Positions 15,671-26,840 of a DNA stretch of 63,525 nt are shown piece by piece. Every line of letters starts with the position of its first letter. Positions within the stretch are counted from its first letter, which is position 1. Below the pieces are notes generated by a model, which worked only from the letters and a program-made list of their open reading frames with translations, was not told where the DNA came from and ran no database searches. This DNA comes from Spizellomyces punctatus DAOM BR117 (taxonomy: Eukaryota). The stretch is taken from assembly GCA_000182565.2 (NCBI GenBank), contig KQ257458.1. One strand, written 5' to 3'. The translations under genes were made by a program, and so were the position numbers.

Positions 15671-18380
15671 TTACTGGCGTGCAGACTGTCTTCTTTTCCA
15701 CAGCTTGTCCTGAAACGGAGGTGAAACCCTGGTGTTACTTATCAGAATGTTACTAATTGAAGCATCTCCACTTACGTCTCCATTCATCTTAGGTCCATTA
15801 ACAGGACCACTGGTAGCACGCATCAACGATGGAGAATGTACTTCTGTGGGAACAGCGCCATCACTCTGAATCCGACGAAAGTCCGCTAATGAAAAGCGGT
15901 GGTAGGGTGAGCGCGGAGTGCTATTATGCGGAGGCAGTGGAGCGGATGTGTCGCTGACCGCCGTGGATGGTCTGTTATGGGATTCGTTGGAAGGGTCGTG
16001 TTGGGGCTGAGACAGAGCAGACCCACCCAAGCCTAATAGCGCTTTGAGATGATTTTCTGGGTTATCACTACTGGGTATCTCAGGCCTGCTGCTATACACC
16101 TCCGATTGATAGCGTTCTAATGTGGCCAATGCAGGGGCATTGAAATTTGGTGGACCAGGTGTGCTCAGTGGCCATCTGCTCGCACTGTCAGCACCGCTGC
16201 TTGCTTGATTACCGCCAACACCTCCACCACCAATTCCCAACATCATCTTCAAGTGCGATTCCGCTTGCCCTGTGTTGGCTATCGGTAATGTTGGGTTCGA
16301 TGGCCCCTGTTCAGTCACGCTCCCGCGATTCTCGCCCATCAATATATCCAGCAACATCCGTTGCTTGGCTGGACCACGGTCCGCATTGCTAGTTACTGAC
16401 GCTCGTGACGGTGGCCCCGAAAATGCTTCTCGTAGAGGTTCAGAATCATAATTTGGTGGTAGAACGGTCGGTCTCGACGGCATCACTACGGGTTCCGCAC
16501 CCTGGAATGGTATCGTGGGAGGCGGTGGATTGATCGGGACAGGTATGGTGGCTTCCGGGTATGCGGCCGAACCCTTTGTCAAAATATCCAATAAGCTCTG
16601 CTTATGAGTCTGCTGGCCGCTGACGGCAGCAGGCATTGGCATAGGCACGGTGGACGCGATCTCATGGCGGCTCCTGGGAAGGAGAATCTGATTAGGTAAA
16701 TAAGGATGATGTTGGGAAAGATCAGGGTGGGTAGGAGTGGGGATAGGTACGCGGGCCTCTTGTCTTATGGATTGGGGTGTCCCGCTAGCTGCAGGTTGGC
16801 CAAACACCATCCCGAGGTTGGGAGCAATTCCCACAGGGAAAGACGGCGGTGCTCCGACTGCACTATGTGGCGTAGAAATGGTCAACGTAGTTGAGCTAGA
16901 ATGGGGTAATTGCGCAGACTGATACTGCTGAGTGTGTGCATGAAAGGGAGGAACAGGCTGCTCCACGGGTTCATTGAGCGTTGTCGACCGCACGGAAACG
17001 CCAAATACCACCGGGGGCATCTCCTTCGACACATGTGATTGCATATCGACTTGCACTCCAACGGCAGGAGTATTTACAGATGCCCCCACCCCAATCAATG
17101 CCTTGATAGATTGTGCTGCCACTTGTGCATCCATGACAGGAGTCGCTGCACCTTGTTTGGCCACATCTGTCCGTCGTAATAGTTGATAGTTGCCAACCAC
17201 CGACGCTGTTGGCATCCTTGAGTCGATGCCCGACTCTGTACCGGATCGGATGCCGGCGTCCGATGTCGCCCCTTCCCCTTCGCTGTCCGTTGCAGTATTG
17301 TAGCCCATTACTATGGAAAGATGACGCCCATTCCGCGCTTTGCCCTGGCGCTTCGCTTTTCGATATTTACTCATCCACTGCCGAAGGCCGCTAACGAATG
17401 CTGTGACCATGTAGTATTTTTGACGCCTCTCCCCTTTGGAGACTGGTACGTTCTCATCTTTGTTCCATCCCGGCAGATCATTAAGTTTGTGCCACCTGAT
17501 ATCCTGAATTGAATCAGTATAAGCATGAAGGTACAAACAGTGAACGAGCAGAACAGTCCTAAGAAGAAAACCATCTTACCCCGATCTCCTTTCGAGTTTG
17601 TGGAATGAATGTGGTTGCCTCAGGAACACCGGTCAAAATGTATAATCGTATTCTTTGTCCCTTGATCGTCCTCTCTACATACTCATTAACGCGTAAATAT
17701 GGAGTTATGTCGAATCCTGTCTCTTCTTTGACCTTGTGCCCAAAAGAACGATCAGGAGGAATATTTGGATGCGCTGACCATCAATACCATTCTTACCTCA
17801 CGAATAGCACATGGAGCTTCTGGCTCATCCTTATTTATTTTTCCTTTCGGAAAACCCCAACCTGAACTTGATTTCCAGCCTTTCACCAACAAAACCTAAG
17901 GTGGACGTTAGCAAGGAGCCGACCACTAGACACAGAACACTGTACCTTATCCAAACGCTCGTTGAGGATGATTGCTCCACATACTGGCACACGGACTTTG
18001 TACTCCATAAAGTTTTGAAAGGCTTTCTCGTGATCGTGAGCCCATCGATGGAGGAGTGGACAGTGCCGAAAAAACTGGGCGCAAAAGTTTTTTAAGGAAA
18101 ATGAAGGCAGTCGCGGGTTCTCTTCGCGAACGAAGTCCTCGTAAAACCAATGAGCTTGCTCTATTTGAAAACATATTCTTTCAACCGACGCTAGTTCTTC
18201 TTCTGGAATGTTAATGATGAAACGGCTGAGAGAGGGCGGAAGTCGGTGTGAGCTACAAACATCCGACGCATGGCCAAAAAGAATACTGTGCAAAATTCCA
18301 GCTATCATCTAGTTTCCACCATCGCTGTACCTTTGCAGATCGTCCAAAACTTCTTGGAACGTCAGGTCCTGAAATGACAT
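15671..18380 (-). CDS. DCP2: mRNA decapping enzyme Dcp2 (Box A + Nudix + long disordered tail with helical leucine-rich motifs)
   Basis: [55 protein letters not shown]...CAIREV.EETGFD. The tail has SLLDILTKG / MLLDILMG / HLKALLG HLM-like motifs. The 3' end may be spliced differently. Confidence 0.93.
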
Positions 18381-18495
18381 AATTTGTCGTGGGGTAAAAG
18401 GGAGCTTTTAACACTAGCTCACACACACAAGATTCAATGTCCATTATGGCACGTGATCCGCCGTGTGTAAGCCACCTTCCCCCGCATATCGATAA

Positions 18496-19175
18496 CACTA
18501 GGACCCATTATTATCCGGATTAATCCGGTTAATCATATCGCATAATCAGAACCCCCATCTATTGCTCAAAGCGGTGTGGCATGCTAATGTAACTTTTTTT
18601 TTAAACTGCGGTGAGGCACATGTTGAAGGTCTATAAAAGGGGGGCCTTTGCTGTCTCTTCCCTCTTTCCTCTTTACCCATCCTTGACTCTCAAACCATCT
18701 GCGCAACTCTCATCGCGAGTCCATCATGAGAATGCAGATGTGGTGGTGCCGAGGACCTTGCCCTCCCGACTACAACCAACTGGAACCAGCAACAATCACT
18801 CGGAACCAACAAAGCTGCTATTATGCTGCCACATTAGTTGAGCTTGGTTGGTATGTGCTGATTGCATCATTTCATTCTGTTATTCATCTCGCTGACATGC
18901 AGTTTTTTATAGTCTCCAAGTCTTGTCACTGAACATCCTCCAGCTTGCGAGTCTCCCCAATGTTGTGAAGACTCTGGCTTCAATGCCATCAAGAGTTCTG
19001 GATCAAGGCTTAGTAGGGACCGTGTGTGGTGGTGGGCAATTATCCGGTTAGAACCAACCGTTACGTATTGCGTGTATAATTGCCTAGTAGTAGTTAGATA
19101 GCTTTTCCGAACCGGTTGTCGCCGGTTTATTCCCTGGTGTAGTAGCTAGTGCCAGTTTCTGTCACCTCTACACTA
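18496..19175 (+). mobile_element. Non-autonomous Fanzor1-type 'ghost' element, copy 1 (left TIR mostly lost)
   Basis: Aligns along its length with 20845-21577 and with the reverse complement of 47766-48375. Right TIR CTAGTGCCAGTTTCTGTCACCTCTACACTA is intact; the left end starts at CACTAG. Confidence 0.85.
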
Positions 19176-19195
19176 TATTTTACAATGTCACCAAC
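19101..19195 (+). ncRNA. Putative Fanzor omegaRNA: 75-nt scaffold (19101-19175) + flank-derived guide TATTTTACAATGTCACCAAC
   Basis: GCTTTTCCGAACCGGTTGTCGCCGGTTTATTCCCTGGTGTAGTAGCTAGTGCC...CTACACTA, with stems AACCGG/CCGGTT and TGGTGTAG/CTACACTA. Closely resembles the SpuFz1 omegaRNA scaffold as I recall it (alignment needed). Guide length is assumed. Confidence 0.75.
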
Positions 19196-19229
19196 GATAC
19201 AATGAGCTATATACATGAGCTGCTTCCAA

Positions 19230-20093
19230 TCAAACCAGAATCAAAGCCACAGCAACGCCAGCCAAGCTCAGGCCAGCATTTCTAACTAAGGTCGAACCAG
19301 CAGACTTTGGCGCAGTTGAAGATCCAGTATTGGTTGCTGAGGAAGAAGAGGTCTTGAGCAAAACAGTCCATTCGCTGTTTGATTTGACGCTCGCACTCGT
19401 TGAGGCCGTCTTGTTTTCATCGGCATCAAATTTCGAGGTCTTTTCATCGACCATCCAAGCACCGTTCTAAATCGACAAATGTTAAAATGTGATTGGACGA
19501 ATTATGTAGACACAAATAGTGTTACCTGTACGAAAGCCAATCTAGTATCCATTAATTTGGCACCTGCACCACCAGCAGCGGTCACAGCTGCAGCGCTGAC
19601 TGCAAACTCAATCTTGGCACTTGCACCAGCAGCGAGAGCAGTACGATAGGTTACTTTCCAGGAGTTCTTGGCGAGTAATTTGAACCCGGATGGGACTGTG
19701 GATATGGATGGTGTACCAGATGTTACGGTCTAAAAATTGAAATTATAGGTTATTAGCACATACAGGAAACAGATAAAGCAAATAGTAAATTTGACAACCA
19801 ACCACTGTATTTGCCACGGTCGAATTGACATCTAACTCAAACCCATCAGGGTAAGTTACATCAACTTTCTTGCCAGCTACGAGAGTAACAGGAGTGTTTA
19901 GTGTGGCATTCACGCGCACACCATCCTTGTCGTCGTCTCCTTCCTCCTTCTCTTGACGTGCGAAAAGCACTTGATTTGTGCGTGAAAATTGAGTTACCGC
20001 CGCGATGTCTTGGCTAGGAGTTACGGCTGCGGCGGCAGCAGAGATGCCGAGAAGCATCAAGGCAAAAGTAGAAGAGAAGATCATTTTAACCAT
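19230..20093 (-). CDS. Secreted, probably GPI-anchored cell-surface protein (3 exons)
   Basis: Signal peptide MVKMIFSSTFALMLLGISAAAA; two GT-AG introns; S/T-rich linker and hydrophobic C-terminus SAGSTLVRNAGLSLAGVAVALILV*; TATAAAA ~65 nt upstream. Confidence 0.8.
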
Positions 20094-20820
20094 GACTAAG
20101 AAGGCGATGGCAAGAAAAGCAAGAAGATTGGAGGCAAGGTGCCCAGCTGAGTCTCCTTTTATAGACCATTTCTGTTGCCCCTTGTCCTCTTCAGCAATGG
20201 ATATATCGGCTGTTGCCAAGATAATTTGCATACATAGTCTGAGGTATCATGTCAATTCACAAGGGTAGGTAGCTTGGATGTTTGGGGTGGCTTTACAAGT
20301 AAGTTTAATGGAGGGCTTTGTGATGTCTCTTTGCGTATATGGATATTCGCAACGGGTGTCCAGAGCACAGAAATTATGTTCTACTTTCATGGTAAACCAA
20401 TCAGGGTTCTCTTGGCGCATATGGATTTGTTCTGACGGTGGAGGATTCTGCAACGGTGTCAGAACATTGGAAATTCTTGTTCTAAATCAATCCCCATTCA
20501 ACCGTGGTAGCGTCACTCTCACACGATCACAAAGGCCGAAATTTGAAAGTTGAATCATCTTCCCCAGTCCCATTTAGCCACGGACAATGCGAACCATCTC
20601 TATCCCTGAGGGAGCCCTAGAGCAATGGTGTGAACTTGAATTACTTGCCAAGAGCATGTAATGTCCAATTTCCAACAAATCTATTTACGTTGCCAAGACC
20701 GAGGCGGAGTGGGAGTGGTTGATTATCTATCAGCCCGAACCTAATCGACATTCTCATCTGTTGGAAAAGCCGATACGCAAATGTATCTCTGGCTTTCAGT
20801 GTCGACATGACTGGCCAACA

Positions 20821-21577
20821 TAGTGTGGAGGTGATTGAAAATGGCACTAGGACCCATTATTATCCGGATAATCCGGTTAATCATATCGAATAATCAGAAC
20901 CCCCTCTATCGCTCAAAGCGGTGTGGCATGCATGTAATGTTTTTTTTTTAAACTGCGGTGAGGCGCATGCCAAAGGTCTATAAAAGGGGGGCCTTTTCCC
21001 TCTTTCCTCTTTACCCATCCTCGACTCACAAGCATCTGCCCAACGCTCATCGCAACCCACATTGCAACCTCATAGTGACCCACATTGCAACCTCATTGCG
21101 ACTCGGTCAATCATGAGCATGCAGATGTGGTGGTGTCGAGGACCTCGTCCGCCCGACAGCAACAACGGCCAGAACCAGCAGCAACCAGTTGGATCTGTTG
21201 ACAAACCTACTATTATGCTGCCACATTTGTTGAGCTTGGTTGGTATGTACCGATGGCATCATTTCTTATCATCTGGTCATCTTCTGACATGCAGTTCTAG
21301 TCTCCAAGCCTTCGTTACTGAACATCCTCCGGCTTGCGAGTCTCCCTGACGATATTAACTCTCTTGCGACGACTCTCGCTTCAATGTCGATCAAGAGTTG
21401 CGGATCAAGGCCCAGTAGGAACGCGTGTGGTGGTGGGCAATTATCCGGTTAGAACCAACCGTTACGGATTGCGTGTATAATTGCCTAGTAGTTAGTTAGT
21501 TAGCTTTTCCAAACCGGTTGTCGCCGGTTTATTCCCTGGTGTAGTAGCTAGTGCCATTTTCTGTCACCTCTACACTA
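20821..21577 (+). mobile_element. Non-autonomous Fanzor1-type 'ghost' element, copy 2 (complete, 757 bp)
   Basis: 30-bp TIRs at 20821-20850 and 21548-21577 (27/30 match), each bounded by TA. Left junction reads CAACA|TAGTG (CATA). No transposase or nuclease ORF. Confidence 0.9.
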
Positions 21578-21597
21578 CAAAGAAATGATACGTGTGC
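21503..21597 (+). ncRNA. Putative Fanzor omegaRNA: scaffold 21503-21577 + guide CAAAGAAATGATACGTGTGC
   Basis: Scaffold differs from copy 1 at only two positions; similarity stops abruptly after ...CACTA. Confidence 0.75.
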
Positions 21598-22453
21598 TTA
21601 GATCAGCAAGCCCCAGTGGCGCATATTAAGCCACGCTTAAGTCGACTAAGCCTATGACGCAATGTGCATTAATTGTTTAATTGAGGTGAGTTGTGTCTTT
21701 TTTTGTACTGCGCAAAAAAGGCCCTCCGAGAACATGGAATAAAATGTAGGTTCGATCGATGCCCATGTGAAGAGTGTGAAATATGGATTAGAGATGGCTA
21801 TGAAAGATAGATGTGGATATGAGATTAGTGCAATGCAAATGTTGCATGGCCAATGTGCAATGGATATGTTTAATCGCAGGATAGTTCTAGATACGAAGAT
21901 GTCATGATTGCGTTGGGGGGGGGGGGGGGGAAGGAAGCACAGGAAGGAAAATCATTTCCCCTTTTACTATTGAAAGTGTGTCAATTTGAACAGCCCGGGG
22001 GGGAAAAGGCAACCTGTCACTTTTCCCCGCGTTGATTTTTTCATACGCAACTCATACTCACAGACGTCACTCGCGGCAACTGGCCATGAACAAAAGAAAA
22101 AAAAACATGCAATGAAATGGCTATGTTTTTCTGCCTTGGTTTTTGATTTTACGTTTTTTTTGGCTTGTCCATTAGCGCGTGAGTGTGATCTCACCCTTGG
22201 CTTCTTGATTACGCATTACTCACACGAACGGACCTTTTGGATTATACCTTTATCCTTCTCCTCTGTTCGTCCCCTAGGAAGGAATTTCATTGCTTTCTGT
22301 CAAAATATCCAAAAAGCAACTGTCGACATTTAGGAGCGGATAATCAAGAAGAAAGTAAAAATCTAACGTCTTTTCGATCTGTCAACTTTGGGTAAGTTGC
22401 TTTGTTTTGTTTTCCACGCGCGTCAAATCGCCCTGGTCTTTGCGACCCAAAGG

Positions 22454-25400
22454 ATGGTCGTTCATCAAAGGGTGAAACAGCTGCGGGGGGATTGGGTGCC
22501 ATCCACCACGCTTCGTCGCTCACGCTCCCAGACTTTCTTGCAGCACAGCATGGTCAACCGCTGGTCCGTTCTCCCGGGAGGAACGCCAAAGGCCCGCAAC
22601 GCTATCGCTCCCGTCGAATCCAGTCCCTCCCTTACACAGTCTGACTTTGAAAAGTTGACGCGCATCTACGCGCTTGTCGCTCACCGAGCTCGCCGTCTCG
22701 CCATCCTCCATCGCCATAAAGACAACAAGGCCCTCGTCACATCCTACCAGGAACTCGTCATCGACTGTCACTCCTTGCTCGCCCTCGTAGAAGAACGGTA
22801 TTTCCCGTCGCGTACCGAAAAGGGTGGGCATCAGTTTGCAACATGGTCCTCTCCGTCTGGGCATCATGCGAACGCACCAAGACCTGCGAGCGATCTTAAA
22901 TTTCCTGGAGCAAAACAGTTGGCCTTGATTCAAGCGGTTGGAACATTAAAGGATGCATTAAATACTTTGTCGCGTACCATCCGGCGGATATCATCTGGTA
23001 CACCACCGCCAGGAAGCGAGAGCACCGCAAAAGGTGAACAAGACCCTCTCGAGCGGGATCTCGCAACCGTCCTAACATCAGCACGATCGATCCTGGATGT
23101 TGCCAGCAAGTTTGAGCCTTCCCAAAGAAACGATCATCGGGCATTGAACAAACGTGCATCGTTGGGATCGATCTTCTCTCGCTTTGGCAATGGCAATGGC
23201 AACGGCAACACGAGCAACAGTAACAACAACAACCACAACAGCAACAGCAACAACAGCAGCACAAACAAACTCAATCGATCCTTTTCCGACCCAGTAACTG
23301 TAGAAGAGGCCCGTGATGCAAACGGGTCGTCGGGAACAAACGTCAAAAAGACCTTGTCTCTCGCCAAAGAGTCTCGCAAACGTCGCAGCGGGCTAACCAG
23401 TGAACGCCCTACCAGTGATCCTCTCTCAAAAGACTTTCGCAATGCCCTGTCTGTATTGTCTCAACTGACTACAGTGATTGGCAGCAATCTCCAAGAGTTT
23501 CGCCTTTTGCAGAGTAACATTTCAAATTCTTCCACGCCACTCGATCATAAACTCGTAATGGATATGGAAGTACTGGAACGCTGTTACGAAGATGCATTAG
23601 ATCAGCTAGTACCGCTCAGCTCATCCCTCGCGACACTATGGGAACAAGCCTTTGTCGGCAGCATCGGCGCCATCCAGCGTCTACGCCAATCAAACGCAGA
23701 AAAGGACCAGGAAATGTCTCGTCTGACAAGGCAATGCGAGGAATTCCAAAAAATGAACACAGCACTCTTGGAAGAGAATACACTGCTGAAGCGCGAAATG
23801 GAATTCATTCGTCGAACGGGCATGGAACCCTGTGCGACCCCCATGTCTGAGGACATGCGCTCCATAATCTCCCTCCCCCTCCCTAGCCCCGCTCTCGAGC
23901 TGGAACTGGTTGAAACAGATCTAGTCCCCAGCGCAATGTCCTCTATCGTCGTCTCACCCCCCGAACTCGACTATGTGGAAATCGTCGAGGAACAAACCAA
24001 CCATGCCGACGCGGTCGTTTTGAATAGATTGTACAGTGAAGTACGGGAAGCGCAGGCTTTGTTGGATGATGTGGAGAAGCGGAGGAGGAGTGTCATGGGA
24101 TCTTTGGATAGACCTGCTCGACCTAGATCCGAAAAGGCGCTCACCTTGCCTCGTATTGCAAGTTCTGCGCCCTTGTGGCACGATGTAGGTTGAAGTCTTT
24201 CTGGGCGTATTGTTTTATTATTTCCGATACTCAACGTTCTACAGTTTTTCCCTCAGGATCCCAAAGCCAAGGCATGTGTCATTATCCAAGCACGCTGGCG
24301 AGGCTATAGGGCGCGGAAAACTTTCAAAGGCATCAAACTCCGTTTGATGATTGTAAACGAAATGCTCGACACGGAGGCATCCTACGTGAAGGGCCTTCTG
24401 ACCATTCACAAGGTAAATATTTATCAAACCCACATTGTGTTTCTTTAGCGCTAACTTTCTTTTGACAGGAATTTATGATTCCACTCAAAGAAGAAATGAA
24501 TCAGAACAGCAGCATTATCAGTCGCAAGGATTATGACTGCATCTTTCGGCACGTGGAAGAGATTATGGCGTTCAACCAGCTCTTGTTGGATGATTTGGTC
24601 GAGCGGGTGGCGTTTTGGCATTTTGAGCAGGTTTTGGGGGATATTTTCATTCGTGCTGTAAGTATCTTGCAAGTGTTTAAGTTGATTGGGTATGTGGCCC
24701 TAACGCGCGGATCATGTAGGCCGAATCGATGAAAATATATGCGCACTTTGTCAACAAGTAGGTCCAATAGATAGCGGTAGTTATCCGTTTTTGATGTGAC
24801 TGACTTGCTTTTCAGTTACGACCAAGCTGTCGAAACCCTTAACCGTGTCTCAGAAAATCCAGCCTTTGAAAAAAAGCTACAGGTAACGACGCTCTAAAGA
24901 ATGCTGGAGATATAACGCATCCTAACACCTTGAGATGCAGGATATCAGCAAAAACATGGGCACCCGCGCCCCAAATTTGACCGACCTCCTCATCACACCA
25001 GTTCAACGTCCTCCTCGCTACCTTCTCATGCTCAAGGTAACCCACCAACCCCGTATTTCCCACGCCCTTGCACATCTAACCCCCGTTTCAAAACAGGAAC
25101 TCTTGAAGCGTACACCATCTACCCACCCCGACCATAACTCCCTCACCACCGCTCTCCAGAAAATGGAACGCACTGTCCAAATCATTAATGAACGCAAAAA
25201 GCGGTTCGAGATGATGAAAAAGGTTCAGGACATGGTTATCGGGAGTCCATTTGTAAGTCACACCGTGATATCAACATTCGTTGGCCGCGATACTTATATA
25301 TTTTTCTTTTGTCATTCTGTAGGAACTCGTGACACCTGGCCGGTACCTAACCCACCAGGGCCCCCTTCTCGAACTAAATGATCAAGGACCCGCTGCCGAC

Positions 25401-26230
25401 TCACGAACACTTCGTACCGTATTTTTGTTTACGGATTTGATTGTGTGTGCTGAGGAAGTTGTCGTGTCTGGGGAAAAGAAGGCCGAGTTTCGGTGGGCGC
25501 TGCCGGTGGGTGATGTGGTTGGGATTCAGAGTGGTGAGTTATTTTTATTGTTTTTGGAATGATTCGCTAGATTTTTGACGTTTTTGTTTTGGGTAGGATC
25601 CAAACCGGAAGATGGACTTTGTATTCGTCTTTCATGGAAGTCTACCACGTCTCTTGGTGTCAAAGTGTACGTGCACTTGTTCACTGTCTTTTTAACAAAC
25701 ACTGTCTAATCTCTTTCGACATAGGTTCTACGCACTGGGAAGAGACGAACATAAACATTGGACAGCGGTATGTACCCCATATCTGATATACTCATCCACG
25801 AATCTGTACTGAACTCGCCATGTAGATCCTAAACTTTGCCCAAAAAAACTCTACAAAACTCGCACGCCAGTCCTCACTCCTTGGCACTGGTCTCATTCTC
25901 CCACCCAGCGACGCCACTAAAACACAGGTAACTAATCCACGCCTCTCACCCACTCTCTCTCACCCAACTCGCAATCTAAATTATTACCGTTAGCCTCTAA
26001 CCCTTCAAAACCTCCAAACAACTCTCTCAACCCTCCAATCCCAAATCACGCACGAAACACAATTATTGAATGGTTTTACTGTTCTTGAGAATTTGGTGTC
26101 GCAGCGGGGAGATAAAGGGGTTGGTATGGTGCATCGTCAGCGGGATGAGTGTTTTAGGAGGTTGGGTGTTTTGAGGGGCGAGGTGTTGAGACGGGAGGTT
26201 TTGAGACGGGAGCTTGAGGGGTTGGAATAG
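22454..26230 (+). CDS. Rho guanine nucleotide exchange factor (coiled coil, IQ, DH, PH)
   Basis: IQ motif IIQARWRGYRARK; DH motifs IVNEMLDTEASYVKGL, LGDIF, LLITPVQRPPRYLLMLKELLKRTPSTHPDH; PH-like RTVFLFTDLIVCA; N/S microsatellite at ~23190-23270. Confidence 0.88.
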
Positions 26231-26768
26231 TGTTGTGGTTGTGGGTGAGAAGGGATTTTGTATAGGGTGATTGATACCATTTGTGTTTGGATTTTTTTTT
26301 ATAATTTTTGGTATTGGATTTTTTTTGTTTTTGTAAATGTAGTATTTCAATACATTTGAAAGTGTTCATTGTAATGCGTATATTCTTGCTGAGATGGCTG
26401 TTTTTTGCTGAATCCTAATCCTTGCAGATGCGCAACCCTTGATCCCAGCCCGTAATTTTGGCAAAGTTAAACCTTAATTATTTTAGGGTTGCCCCCTGAT
26501 CCCCTTATTCATCAATTGACGCACACGACAACTTTAACCTTAAATACGATTTTGGAATGTTCCTGTTCACAACAGGATATCACGCTGAAATATGCGAGCT
26601 AATGCATCAATGGGAATTGCACTGTGAGCCAAGGCAAGCGGTCGAAGAAAAGAGCATTTCTTGAGGAATTAGACTAGGAACCTGAATGCTCTACACAAGC
26701 AACGAATTATTCGAGAGAGGAGCCAAAATATTGCCATGATTAAAAAAATGAGCACTACATAACTTCGA

Positions 26769-26840
26769 GGGCTCAGCCGGGAATCGAACCCGGGACCACC
26801 CGCACCCTAAGCGGGTATTATACCACTAAACCACTGAGCC
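26769..26840 (-). tRNA. tRNA-Pro(AGG)
   Basis: 72-nt cloverleaf GGCTCAG...CTGAGCC with anticodon arm CCCGC-TT-AGG-GT-GCGGG and GGTTCGATTCC T-loop; identical to 57203-57274. Confidence 0.97.

Noticed and set aside
18496-19175. Solo LTR interpretation (TATA box plus pyrimidine tract)
   Set aside because: No TG...CA termini or 4-6-bp TSD; TIRs and a structured right end fit a TIR/Fanzor element better.
20845-21553. CACTA/EnSpm classification of the repeated element (internal CACTAG...CTAGTG)
   Set aside because: The inverted repeat extends ~24 bp outside these motifs, ends in TA, and there is no 3-bp TSD.
21915-21930. Poly-G run
   Set aside because: Simple homopolymer in intergenic DNA with no supporting context.
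22896-23442. Poly-Cys/poly-Leu antisense ORFs and the many other short opposite-strand ORFs
   Set aside because: They are shadows of the (AAC/AGC)n microsatellite and of real genes on the other strand.
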